Shown here piece by piece: positions 28,467 through 37,405 of a stretch of 64,000 nucleotides of DNA; position 1 is the stretch's first letter, and each line of letters begins with the position of its first letter. The translations under genes were made by a program, and so were the position numbers. The notes under the pieces were generated by a model. That model was not told the origin of the DNA. It saw only the letters and a list, made by a program, of their open reading frames with translations, and did not search any database. Source of the stretch: a bacterium (GTDB lineage: Bacteria; Patescibacteriota; Minisyncoccia; Phycocordibacterales; UBA9973); NCBI GenBank assembly GCA_037127795.1, contig JBAXXQ010000001.1, positions 252,274 to 316,273 on the forward strand, in the 5' to 3' direction.

Positions 28467-28824
28467 TTTATTTTTATTCATAACAGCTATACCAGCTTTT
28501 GCAAAAGGTCCAGCAGGAAGTGTTATAGGTATTCCTTGTGATGGAGTAAATTGTAACATTGAGGATATTTTTACCTTGATTAATAATCTCATAAAATTTG
28601 CTATTACAAAATTATTTTTCCCAATTTTTATTGTAGCTATTTTGTACATTGGATGGAGTTATCTTACCGCTGGTGGAGATACCAAGAAGGTTGCTAATGT
28701 AAAACAAATGGCTTGGCATATGTTTTTAGGGGTAATCCTTGTTCTTGCATCATGGCTTATTGTTAAAACAGTACTCGATGTACTAGGGGCAACAGATGCG
28801 GGGATGTTTTTGACAGGTAATTAA
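28429..28824 (+). CDS. VirB2/TrbC-like (T4SS_pilin-type) pilin 1
   Basis: Signal peptide; CDGVNC; two TM joined by YLTAGGDTKKVANVK. Confidence 0.8.
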   Translation: MKHKIKFNLIFSSLFLFITAIPAFAKGPAGSVIGIPCDGVNCNIEDIFTLINNLIKFAITKLFFPIFIVAILYIGWSYLTAGGDTKKVANVKQMAWHMFLGVILVLASWLIVKTVLDVLGATDAGMFLTGN

Positions 28825-28840
28825 TGTATACTTATATTAT

Positions 28841-29323
28841 ATGCAATATAAAAATCTTAAAAAAATATTCGCTGTAGGTATATTTTTGGGAATAATGTTT
28901 TTTTCAAATTTGTTAGTATTTGCTCAAGGTAACCCTGGTGCAAATAGTACTGGGACACCAACAAATAATCCTGGTGCAAATGCTACAGCAAATCAAACAA
29001 CTCCATCTGCTACGGCAAATAATACTGTTATTCCGCCAGGAGATACAAAGATAAGTTATAGTATTAATAACCCGCTTGGAGTTACTAGTATTGATGAGGT
29101 TATACAAAAAATAATGGCTGTTATAGTTAAACTCGCAGTTCCTGTAATTATCTGCCTCTTTTTATATACAGGATTTATGTTTATTACAGCACAGGGAGAT
29201 ACCACAAAATTAAAAACAGCAAAAACTATGCTTTGGCAAGTAATTGTAGGAACTATTATTATCCTTGGTGCATGGGCTATAGCAGCTGCTATTGTTACAA
29301 CAGTAAGCTTAATAACAGGATAA
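28841..29323 (+). CDS. VirB2/TrbC-like pilin 2
   Basis: INNPLG; GFMFITAQGDTTKLKTAK hairpin between TM helices. Confidence 0.85.
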   Translation: MQYKNLKKIFAVGIFLGIMFFSNLLVFAQGNPGANSTGTPTNNPGANATANQTTPSATANNTVIPPGDTKISYSINNPLGVTSIDEVIQKIMAVIVKLAVPVIICLFLYTGFMFITAQGDTTKLKTAKTMLWQVIVGTIIILGAWAIAAAIVTTVSLITG

Positions 29324-29324
29324 T

Positions 29325-30476
29325 ATGAAAAGATTTTTATTCTCACTCATACTAATAGTAAGTATATCAATCCCGGCATTTGCCTTTGCTGGAGAGATAA
29401 CAGCACAAAGTCAGTGTAAAAATTTATCTAGCATTTCAACAAGTGCTCAATATACTATTTGCTGTACGAGTACTTTTAAGGCCGCTATTTGTAGTAGTCT
29501 TACCACAAGTCAACAATGCACTTTAGGAGTACTTCCTGCGGATCAATGTCAGAATCAGTGTGATTCTATAAAATCAAAAAATGACTATGATGTATGTTGT
29601 AATCTTTCTGATCATCCTATTTGTAAGTCACTTTCAGTACCAGAACAATGTGCATACGGAGCGCCTATTAATCCATCGCTCTGTGTGTCTACGCAACAGC
29701 AAGTGACCCAGAATCAACCTCAAACATACACTCCTGGTGCGACTTATACATCAGGGCAATGTGATGCATTTTCTAGTATTGATTCTTTGGATAAGTACAA
29801 TAGTTGTTGTGTTGATTTAAAAACAAATACTCCTCATTCTCCTCAACCTACAAGTTGTCTTACAATGACAAAAAATCAACAATGTGCTCTGGGGGTACTT
29901 CCTGCTGATCAGTGCCAGAATCAATGTAGTTCTATTACCTCTAGGGATGATTATACGACTTGTTGTGCAGGTGCTGTTGTTGCCAACTCATGTGTTGCAT
30001 TATCACAAGCAGATATATGTTTGTTCAAAACTTTTAATTCTACTATTGAGGCAACAAATGCGGGCTGTCCGGATGCAAATATTGCCGGGTTTGTTTCTCC
30101 TGGTTCTGGGGTTGGGGGAAGTCTTTTAGGGGGTGATCCTTTGGGAACATATAGTAAAAATGTTGTCGTAGAAACAACCTGTTCAAAAGTAAATCTTTCA
30201 AAAGTTGACTTGAAAAGTTTTTGGAGTTTCTTTTTGTGGGTTCGATGTTTTATAGGAAGTCTATTTCCATTATTGATGACAATTGCGTTCCTTGTCTTTA
30301 TGTGGAATATTGTCAACTACATAATTAAACCTAATGCATTAAAGAATAATGAGCGCCGTACATATATAATCGCGGGATTAATAGGGTTATTTGTTATTGT
30401 TGGTATGTGGGGCTTGGTTGCATTCACAACATCAACCCTTGGAATAGGAAGTGTTATACCACAGCTGCCATTGTAG
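29325..30476 (+). CDS. pilin-like protein 3 with Cys-rich extracellular repeats
   Basis: Signal peptide; 24 Cys in four modules; C-terminal FLVFMWNIVNYII...GLIGLFVIVGMWGLV pilin hairpin. Confidence 0.75.
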   Translation: MKRFLFSLILIVSISIPAFAFAGEITAQSQCKNLSSISTSAQYTICCTSTFKAAICSSLTTSQQCTLGVLPADQCQNQCDSIKSKNDYDVCCNLSDHPICKSLSVPEQCAYGAPINPSLCVSTQQQVTQNQPQTYTPGATYTSGQCDAFSSIDSLDKYNSCCVDLKTNTPHSPQPTSCLTMTKNQQCALGVLPADQCQNQCSSITSRDDYTTCCAGAVVANSCVALSQADICLFKTFNSTIEATNAGCPDANIAGFVSPGSGVGGSLLGGDPLGTYSKNVVVETTCSKVNLSKVDLKSFWSFFLWVRCFIGSLFPLLMTIAFLVFMWNIVNYIIKPNALKNNERRTYIIAGLIGLFVIVGMWGLVAFTTSTLGIGSVIPQLPL

Positions 30477-30545
30477 ATTTGATATATAGGTGTGGTATAC
30501 TATAAGGGTACTAAATAATTAAAAGATAGTAATTAATTGTAATTT

Positions 30546-30926
30546 ATGAAAAAATTTTTGATAGCATTAAGTGCAGTACTTGTTCCTGCAAGTTTGTACG
30601 CACAATCACCAAGTCATTTGAATAATCTTATAGATGAAATTTTTAACCTTGCAAATAAGGCTGTTGCGTTTTTGATGATATTGGCAACATTGTATTTTAT
30701 CTGGGTTATTATAAAACTTATTACACAAACAGATTCTGCAAAAAGAAAAGAAAACAAAGAGCAAGTAAAATGGGCAGTTATTGGTCTTGCTATTATGGTC
30801 TGTGTATGGGGTCTTATCCGTTTTGCTGCTGATACTCTTGGTATTAGTACAACTAATGGAAACCAAAATAATATTGCAATCCCTTGTCCACCAGGTACAA
30901 ACCCTGTTGGAGGTGGTTGTCGTTAA
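30546..30926 (+). CDS. VirB2/TrbC-like pilin 4
   Basis: LYFIWVIIKLI..DSAKRKENK..WAVIGLAIMVCVWGLI. Confidence 0.8.
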   Translation: MKKFLIALSAVLVPASLYAQSPSHLNNLIDEIFNLANKAVAFLMILATLYFIWVIIKLITQTDSAKRKENKEQVKWAVIGLAIMVCVWGLIRFAADTLGISTTNGNQNNIAIPCPPGTNPVGGGCR

Positions 30927-30940
30927 GCTACTACAATACT

Positions 30941-31315
30941 ATGTTGTCTGAATTTATTGCATTTGCACAGGTATCACACGATCAGACATTAGAAGGTGTT
31001 TTATCTCGTATTAATTATTATATTATCAATCCCGCAATTATGTTGCTTTTTACGATAGCGACAGTGGTATTTATTTGGGGGATTATAAAATATATTAGAA
31101 ATGCTGCAGATCCAAAAAAGCGTAAAGAAGGACAAGATCATATGTTGTGGGGGATTATAGGATTTACTATTATGGTAGGAGTATACGGGATTATTACTAT
31201 AATTACTCAATTTTTTGGGTTCTCAAATGTAACTGTAACTCCAACAAAAATAAAAGTAACTCCTCAAAATATCCCATCGGTAAAAATTAAATCTTTTAAT
31301 TTACCTACTAAATAA
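30941..31315 (+). CDS. VirB2/TrbC-like pilin 5
   Basis: VFIWGIIKYIRNAADPKKRKEGQDHMLWGIIGFTIMVGVYGII. Confidence 0.82.
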   Translation: MLSEFIAFAQVSHDQTLEGVLSRINYYIINPAIMLLFTIATVVFIWGIIKYIRNAADPKKRKEGQDHMLWGIIGFTIMVGVYGIITIITQFFGFSNVTVTPTKIKVTPQNIPSVKIKSFNLPTK

Positions 31316-31333
31316 AAACTACCTACAAATAAG

Positions 31334-31368
31334 AAAAGCCTTCCTGAAATCAGGAAGGCTTTTTTTTT
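31334..31368. terminator. bidirectional terminator
   Basis: AAAAGCCTTCCTGA-AA-TCAGGAAGGCTTTTTTTTT. Confidence 0.85.
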
Positions 31369-31388
31369 GTGGAATAAGGAACATAACA

Positions 31389-31997
31389 TTACTTTGGATC
31401 TGATATTTCTACGTGTAATTTTTTTACAGGAGTAATTGTGTGTATAACAATAACGCACAATCTCGGAAAGGTTGTATTTGTTTGTTCGATAGTTGTATTG
31501 TTTTTTACACGATAGTAAAAAAGTTTTTTTGCATCTCGTGCAAAAACTTCAAACTCACCTGATTCAGAAATTGTTTCAAATCGCTTCATGTCTGGAGCGG
31601 TAAACTTAATCGTTTCATCAGATTTCAAATCCATTTCTTTTCCAAAAGTAACTCTCGGTGTACACATTTCTTTGAAAGTGTATTTAATCTTTTCTGGCCA
31701 TACAAAATCAGGTGGATTCCACGAAATTAGTATGATACAGAATAAAATTATTCCAATGAGCCACCAAATCCAGGAAGGAAATGAACTTGGTTTTTTAAAG
31801 TTTTTTACTAAAAAGTAAATACCAGTAAAAAACCCAACAATGCCCACCATATATAACATCCAAACCCCCATGAATAACCAGAAAATCAGGATAATGATTG
31901 CGAATATCAATAAAGCAGCAAGTGTGTAAAATAAAAATAATTTTTTACTACTCTTGTGGGCTTTACGAGTCCCGTATTGATTACTACTGTTGTCCAT
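31389..31997 (-). CDS. hypothetical 3-TM membrane protein with C-terminal soluble domain
   Basis: Overlaps the SPFH-like gene end; GGAGGT SD-like sequence before ATG 31997. Confidence 0.65.
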   Translation of the reverse strand: MDNSSNQYGTRKAHKSSKKLFLFYTLAALLIFAIIILIFWLFMGVWMLYMVGIVGFFTGIYFLVKNFKKPSSFPSWIWWLIGIILFCIILISWNPPDFVWPEKIKYTFKEMCTPRVTFGKEMDLKSDETIKFTAPDMKRFETISESGEFEVFARDAKKLFYYRVKNNTTIEQTNTTFPRLCVIVIHTITPVKKLHVEISDPK

Positions 31998-32988
31998 TAT
32001 TACCTCCTCTTTTTTTTGTACCAGTTTCTTCATCATCTTTTCCAAGTAGAATCGATTCTAGTGTTGATAGAGTACCACCTCCTTGATTAAAATACTTAAG
32101 TCCTTGCGGAAGGCCTTTGTTCGATGCTTCTGCTACTTTTGCAAGATTTTCAGATGTTTTGTTAATAAAATCTGCATGAGCTTTATATTTTTTCTCAATA
32201 AATTTCATGTTTACCTCATTCATTGCATCTTGTCCTTTGGCTTTAAGTTCTTCTGTTTTAAGGATGTGTTCTTGTGCTTTAGTATTGTTTTCTTCTATAC
32301 CAATATTTTCTTCTGCATTTAAAAAATCTTGCGATTCTTCAGCTACAAAGATATATGGTATAGCAGGGAAGCCTAAAATTTTGAATTGATTAGAGGTAAA
32401 AAAGTCAGAATTATTAAGCTTGGTGATATCTTTATCTATCTCACTTAATATATCTGTACCTGCTACTTGTCTAATTTCTTTAAACTTTTTTTTGCTTGCC
32501 CACTCACGAACAACACTAATCACTTGGTTATGGATCTGCCCCAATGGATCTTCGAGACCTTTTGCTTTTATTGGGTTTCCTATCTCTACTGAGATTTGAA
32601 GTACCAATTCCAGACTTGCTGCATCTTCAGATATTACTTCCGCAACATCAAGATGTGATTCATTTTTCATAATATCTACCCATTCCTCTCTTGTCCCAAT
32701 TACTAATTTAGATTTTAAGAATTGTCTTAGGTTGATATATTTTTTTCTCTCCACACCATTTATGGTGATCATTTCAGTTGCCGCAGATTCTACATCTGCA
32801 ACTTCTTCTTTCCAGCGAAGTTTAACCTTGCTTGTTCCATAAGGCCAAACAATAAGAGGGAAATTGGCATCGGTAATACCGCTAGGGTCGCTTGGGTCAT
32901 TTATGATCCAGTCAACGTCTTTGCCAAATTTTGTCATGATGGTATATACTCCAGTCTTTTCTGGTACCAATTGGATAAATTTTGTCAT
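31984..32988 (-). CDS. SPFH/band-7-like protein
   Basis: EVISEDAASLELVLQISVEIGNPIKA resembles the SPFH core; followed by an Ala/Glu-rich coiled coil. Confidence 0.55.
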   Translation of the reverse strand: MTKFIQLVPEKTGVYTIMTKFGKDVDWIINDPSDPSGITDANFPLIVWPYGTSKVKLRWKEEVADVESAATEMITINGVERKKYINLRQFLKSKLVIGTREEWVDIMKNESHLDVAEVISEDAASLELVLQISVEIGNPIKAKGLEDPLGQIHNQVISVVREWASKKKFKEIRQVAGTDILSEIDKDITKLNNSDFFTSNQFKILGFPAIPYIFVAEESQDFLNAEENIGIEENNTKAQEHILKTEELKAKGQDAMNEVNMKFIEKKYKAHADFINKTSENLAKVAEASNKGLPQGLKYFNQGGGTLSTLESILLGKDDEETGTKKRGGNNGQQ

Positions 32989-33031
32989 ACTAGTAATGTT
33001 TATTTTGTTTTTAATGTATTTGTATATATAA

Positions 33032-33062
33032 TAGCATATTTATATATAAAAGTCAAGTATCT
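33032..33062 (-). promoter_or_regulatory. 31-bp promoter element, copy A
   Basis: Minus strand TTGACT-17 nt-TATTAT; 31 bp identical to 47126-47156. Confidence 0.8.
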
Positions 33063-33115
33063 GAATAACCCTTATATATACTATACTTATCGCATATAAA
33101 TTAATACAAAATATT

Positions 33116-34186
33116 ATGTTAGAACGATTTGAAAAGGCGCTACATTCGCAAGAAAACCCAACGAATGAAAAAGGGTATGAGCCTAGCTTAAAAGAAGTTT
33201 TGAAGAAAAAAGAAGACTCTGATTTATTTGGTGAATTACTCAAAAGAGAAGGTAAGATAAATCTTGCTACCCGACTGGCAAAAGGTGAACTTACTGAATC
33301 TGATATCGAAGAACTCGATGAATATCGGACTGACTTTATGGGATCTATGGATCGAGTTAAAACAGTAAAAGAATCTATATCAAAAGAGCTTATTCATGCA
33401 TATACAAGACATAATTCAGACCTACAGAAAGTAATTTCTTTGGTGGGGGTAGATGAATATGAATCAATAGTAAAAGATAAATTGGCACGTCTTTCTATTA
33501 CAGCACCAGATGATTTTGAGGCTTTGTATAGATCTGTTGAAAGTAAGAATGATTACAAAGACGGGTATTATAAAAACTTAGATGAGCGAGTTGTTGCTCT
33601 CTGTAAAGAAAAAAAGATTAATCCAGAAGAATACTTCAAGGCTATCCTTGTTGAAGATCCTGATGAAAGAGAAGAAGCATTGCGAACTGTTGTACGTAAG
33701 GGGTATTCTTGGTTTGGAAAAGCAACAGATTGGCTTTCTAAGGGGGCGTACTCTAGAGATGATAGAGATACACTAACTGATACTTCAAGGTATATCTTTA
33801 GTGCGAACGATGATATGCGGGATGCTCAGGGTGAAGTCGGATATTTTCTCGCAGCTCTTACTTCAAATGAGGTTATTCGAAATGCTGTTTCAAAAGAGAT
33901 AATTGGAGATCCTGCAAATAAAGAAGTTTTTGAAGGTTTTAGTACTATAAAAAATGAACAACCTACAAAAGAAAAGGTTCAATTAGATTGGAATTCTTAC
34001 AAAGCTCAAGTAAAAGATTGGGCAGATCTTACTCCTGACGATCAGGATATGCACCGAGAGTCATTTCTGGATACTCAAAAAGAATTGTATGAGAAACAGC
34101 AAAGTAAAAAAACTAGTTTCTGGTCTTCAATTTTTGGAAGTTTCTTTGATCTCTTTGCTACTATTAATAAAGATAGTCTTAAATAA
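33116..34186 (+). CDS. hypothetical helical, charged protein
   Basis: 356-aa uninterrupted ORF; no recognised motif. Confidence 0.75.
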   Translation: MLERFEKALHSQENPTNEKGYEPSLKEVLKKKEDSDLFGELLKREGKINLATRLAKGELTESDIEELDEYRTDFMGSMDRVKTVKESISKELIHAYTRHNSDLQKVISLVGVDEYESIVKDKLARLSITAPDDFEALYRSVESKNDYKDGYYKNLDERVVALCKEKKINPEEYFKAILVEDPDEREEALRTVVRKGYSWFGKATDWLSKGAYSRDDRDTLTDTSRYIFSANDDMRDAQGEVGYFLAALTSNEVIRNAVSKEIIGDPANKEVFEGFSTIKNEQPTKEKVQLDWNSYKAQVKDWADLTPDDQDMHRESFLDTQKELYEKQQSKKTSFWSSIFGSFFDLFATINKDSLK

Positions 34187-34191
34187 TATAT

Positions 34192-34404
34192 ATGACACAC
34201 GAAGAACTATATACTACATTCATGGATTTTGTTGAGAAAAATGATGAAATAGGAGCACGGCAATTTCTCATCGATCATCTGAATGATTTTCCTGAAGAAA
34301 TACGAAAACAAATCGCTTTTGAATTTTTTGTTGACGCAGTTAAAAAAGATGAGGCTATTGAGTCTATTCAAAAAAGAGCATTAGAGATTATTACACAAGA
34401 ATAA
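34192..34404 (+). CDS. small acidic hypothetical protein
   Basis: 70 aa, 5 nt after the previous gene; terminator at 34415-34443. Confidence 0.65.
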   Translation: MTHEELYTTFMDFVEKNDEIGARQFLIDHLNDFPEEIRKQIAFEFFVDAVKKDEAIESIQKRALEIITQE

Positions 34405-34446
34405 TAGTGCATATAAAAAACCTCTCATATTGAGAGGTTTTTTATA

Positions 34447-34522
34447 TGGTGCGCCTAGCAGGACTTGAACCTGCGACATTCTCCTTAAGAGGGAGCTGCT
34501 CTACCAACTGAGCTATAGGCGC
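34447..34522 (-). tRNA. tRNA-Lys(CTT)
   Basis: GCGCCTATAGCTCAGTTGGTAGAGC...CT-CTT-AA...GGTTCAAGTCC...GGCGCACCA; encoded CCA. Confidence 0.95.
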
Positions 34523-34568
34523 ATATTTATTTTGTAAAAGTATTTTTCTATAGTATCACTTTGCGAAC

Positions 34569-34596
34569 GGAGCCGCTACAACTGAACTATGGGTGC
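34569..34596 (-). pseudogene. degenerate copy of the tRNA-Lys 5' half
   Basis: GCACCCATAGTTCAGTTGTAGCGGCTCC versus GCGCCTATAGCTCAGTTGGTAGAGCAGCTCC. Confidence 0.55.
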
Positions 34597-34623
34597 GTAT
34601 ATGCATTTTATAAAAATGCCGTG

Positions 34624-34705
34624 TGCCGAGGAGAGGACTTGAACCTCCATACCTCGCGGTGCTTGCTCCTAAGGCAAGTGCGTCTACCAATTTCGCCACC
34701 TCGGC
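34624..34705 (-). tRNA. tRNA-Leu(TAG)
   Basis: GCCGAGGTGGCGAAATTGGTAGACGC; loop CTTAGGA; long variable arm; GGTTCAAGTCC. Confidence 0.95.
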
Positions 34706-34758
34706 ATGAATCATACTATATACTATCTTTGTAGGTTTTTCAACAAAACAATTTATTT

Positions 34759-34872
34759 GGGACTCGGTCACGAGTTACTAATTCGCCTTGCTCATAAGTA
34801 CTCGCGACCCCGCCTCAGCGCTGTATCGCCTCCCAGGCGCGCGCTTCCGGCTTTCTCGTCTGCACTCAAGGC
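34759..34872 (-). other. GC-rich structured tRNA-associated element (candidate ncRNA or REP/MITE-like repeat)
   Basis: Nested hairpins in an AT-rich context; ends in CGAGTCCC, identical to the T-arm of the adjacent tRNA-Leu(TAA). Confidence 0.5.
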
Positions 34873-34910
34873 AATCATAAAAAATACTCAAAAGAGTGTT
34901 TTTTATGATT
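34873..34910. terminator. 17-bp inverted repeat directly after tRNA-Leu(TAA)
   Basis: AATCATAAAAAATACTC-AAAA-GAGTGTTTTTTATGATT. Confidence 0.7.
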
Positions 34911-34911
34911 G

Positions 34912-34994
34912 TGCCCGAGGCGGGACTCGAACCCGCACGACATCACTGTCTGAGGATTTTAAGTCCTCTATGTCTACCATTCCATCACTCGGGC
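34912..34994 (-). tRNA. tRNA-Leu(TAA)
   Basis: GCCCGAGTGATGGAATGGTAGAC; loop CTTAAAA; GGTTCGAGTCCC. Confidence 0.95.
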
Positions 34995-35016
34995 AAAGAA
35001 CACGCAAAATGCGTTG

Positions 35017-35088
35017 AGGTCCGGGCGAGAATCGAACTCGCGTATAGTTCTTTTGCAGAGAACCGCCTTACCACTTGGCCACCGGACC
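35017..35088 (-). tRNA. tRNA-Cys(GCA)
   Basis: GGTCCGGTGGCCAAGTGGTAAGGC; loop CTGCAAA; U73 discriminator. Confidence 0.95.
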
Positions 35089-35096
35089 GTTATATA

Positions 35097-35423
35097 CTAC
35101 TCGTCTTTACTGAGTAGTGCGTCTATAGTTTGTCTTGCTTTTTCTCCTTTGTCAATCATTGTATCAATAAAAGGAATTGTGTGAAAGGGGAACCCTTTTT
35201 TGATATAATCGCGCATTTCTTTGCGTTGACGCTTCAAAAAATTGAGCGCGTCTTCTTCTTGAGATTCTGGAAGTACTGTCACGAGGATATCTGCTTTGCG
35301 ATCTTTTTCGTAAAGGTGTACAGAGGTCACGGTGATAAGTGATGTTTTGTTGGTCACTGTCTCAATAAAGCGTGCTGCACGCTCTCGGATGATTTCTTCT
35401 TTTTTTGCGTTTTTATTTTCCAT
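35097..35423 (-). CDS. rbfA: ribosome-binding factor A
   Basis: LITVTSV KH-like motif, IPFIDT.ID; directly downstream of infB. Confidence 0.85.
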   Translation of the reverse strand: MENKNAKKEEIIRERAARFIETVTNKTSLITVTSVHLYEKDRKADILVTVLPESQEEDALNFLKRQRKEMRDYIKKGFPFHTIPFIDTMIDKGEKARQTIDALLSKDE

Positions 35424-35427
35424 ATTT

Positions 35428-36912
35428 TTATACTGTCTTAAAGGTAAATACTTCTAATACATCACCAGGGGCGATATCTGTTTTACATTCGACGAGCATA
35501 CCACATTCTCCTTCAGAAAGTTCTTTTACTTTTTGCTTTGCATGTTGTATTTCGATAATAGTACCTTCTGCAATAGGGAAGTCGCGACGAACAATACTTA
35601 CTCGAGCACGCTCGCTGATCTTACCTTCATCTACGCGACAACCAATAACTTGACGTTCTTTTGTTTTTGAAAATACTTTCAAAACTTTTGCAGTACCGAG
35701 TACTTCACGAACTTCTTTGCGAGGGCGACGCTTTTCGAGTTCTATTTCGAGCCATTCAGTAAGTTTGTAAATAATATTGAAACGCTCTACTGTCGCACCA
35801 ACTTTTTCATTGAGCTCTCGTGCTGCATTGTCGAGCGCTACATTGAAACCAAGAATAATAGTTTCTTTGTCTGATTGCGCAAGCTTCACATCACTTTCTG
35901 CAATAGCGCCGATTCCTTTACCAATAATCTTGATACGAACACCGTCTATTTGCATACGTTCAATTTCTTTTTGTGTTGCTTCTACAGTACCGTACACATC
36001 AGCCTTGATGATAAGAGGAATAACTTTTGCTTCATTGTCCACAATCATAGTTATTTTGTCATCACTTTTGGCAAATTCCAATTCTTCGATATATGCGAGT
36101 GCATCTTTCTTTTTATCAAATACTGCAATAGGGACACCAACACTAGGGAGACTATCAAATCCTACAAGTGCTACGGGGGTACCAGGGGTAGCTGCTTCTA
36201 TAGGCTTCCCGAGGAAGTTTTCCATGATACGAGTAGTGGTCATTGCTGTCCCTGTTACAAGGAATTGTCCTTTGTGGAGTGTACCGTTTTTGATAATAAT
36301 AGTTGCGTGAATACCGCGACGTTCATCGAGGCGACTTTCGATCACGAGTCCTTCTACAGTACCTTCTGCATCTCCTGCGATACCTTCCATATCTGCAATA
36401 AGAATAATAGTTTCTAGGAGGTCTGACACATTGGTACCTTGTTTTGCAGAAATAGCAACGAATGGGATATTTCCTCCGTATCCTTCTACAAGTACTTCTT
36501 GCTCTGCGAGAGATTGTTTGGTGCGCTCGATATTTGCATTTGGTCTATCTATCTTGTTTATTGCAACGATAAAAGGAATACCTGCTGCACGGATAGTGTG
36601 GAGTGCTTCGATAGTTTGTGCTTTTACACCGTCTTCTGCAGAAACAACAAGAATAGCAATATCACATGCTGCAGCACCACGAGTACGCATACCAGTAAAT
36701 GCGGCGTGTCCTGGTGTATCGAGGAATGTTATTGAGCGAGATTCTTTTTGGTAGGGAATAGTGATCTCGTATGCACTGAGGTGTTGTGTGATACCGCCCG
36801 CTTCTCCATCAACCACATTTGTTTTGCGGATGTAGTCTAGCAAGGTACTTTTTCCATGGTCGATGTGACCCATGATTGCTACTATTGGTGGTCGTGGAGT
36901 TGAATTTTTCAT
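35428..36912 (-). CDS. infB: translation initiation factor IF-2 (short, no N-terminal extension)
   Basis: RPPIVAIMGHIDHGKSTLLD, GGITQH, DTPGH, NKID. Confidence 0.97.
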   Translation of the reverse strand: MKNSTPRPPIVAIMGHIDHGKSTLLDYIRKTNVVDGEAGGITQHLSAYEITIPYQKESRSITFLDTPGHAAFTGMRTRGAAACDIAILVVSAEDGVKAQTIEALHTIRAAGIPFIVAINKIDRPNANIERTKQSLAEQEVLVEGYGGNIPFVAISAKQGTNVSDLLETIILIADMEGIAGDAEGTVEGLVIESRLDERRGIHATIIIKNGTLHKGQFLVTGTAMTTTRIMENFLGKPIEAATPGTPVALVGFDSLPSVGVPIAVFDKKKDALAYIEELEFAKSDDKITMIVDNEAKVIPLIIKADVYGTVEATQKEIERMQIDGVRIKIIGKGIGAIAESDVKLAQSDKETIILGFNVALDNAARELNEKVGATVERFNIIYKLTEWLEIELEKRRPRKEVREVLGTAKVLKVFSKTKERQVIGCRVDEGKISERARVSIVRRDFPIAEGTIIEIQHAKQKVKELSEGECGMLVECKTDIAPGDVLEVFTFKTV

Positions 36913-37379
36913 AATGTTTTTTTGGCCTCTGCGAGAGCGAGAGATTCTTCTTTAGTTAATGCTTGTTGTGGTTTGAATTCACGTATTTGTTTTGCGTATA
37001 CACCAGTATGGTTGCGACTAGTGATCACAGAGAGTACGTAGCCATTTCCTTTTTCATCAAGGAAGCCGCTCGCAAAACTTTGTTCGCCACCATCGTTGGT
37101 AAATGCGTTGTATCTAATAAGTGAGTATCCGCGAATACTTTTTTGTACACGAGAATCGATAATATCGAGTGCTTCTTTATGCGCAGCAAGCACGTCGTCT
37201 GTCCGAGCTGTTTTTTCAGTAAGCCAGGCGAGGGTCGCTTCGAGCGATTTGCCGTCTTTGCCAATCATAAATGACCGAAGTTTCTTTTCTTGTTGTAATA
37301 CCATATATCCGACACCAATAATACCTAAAATGCACAGAATAGATGCAATAGAGATAAGTAATGATATACTGCTAGACAT
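36909..37379 (-). CDS. DUF4446 family protein
   Basis: N-terminal TM and coiled coil; RYNAF..GGEQSF..LDE.GNG.V.S...R....YAK...LT.EE; TGA stop overlaps the infB ATG. Confidence 0.85.
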   Translation of the reverse strand: MSSSISLLISIASILCILGIIGVGYMVLQQEKKLRSFMIGKDGKSLEATLAWLTEKTARTDDVLAAHKEALDIIDSRVQKSIRGYSLIRYNAFTNDGGEQSFASGFLDEKGNGYVLSVITSRNHTGVYAKQIREFKPQQALTKEESLALAEAKKTL

Positions 37380-37405
37380 AAGACTTCCATTATACGTTAT
37401 TTCCT

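Noticed and set aside
34556-35117. ORFs 34556-34771, 34706-35017 and 34896-35117
   Set aside because: They overlap tRNA genes and the structured element; spurious
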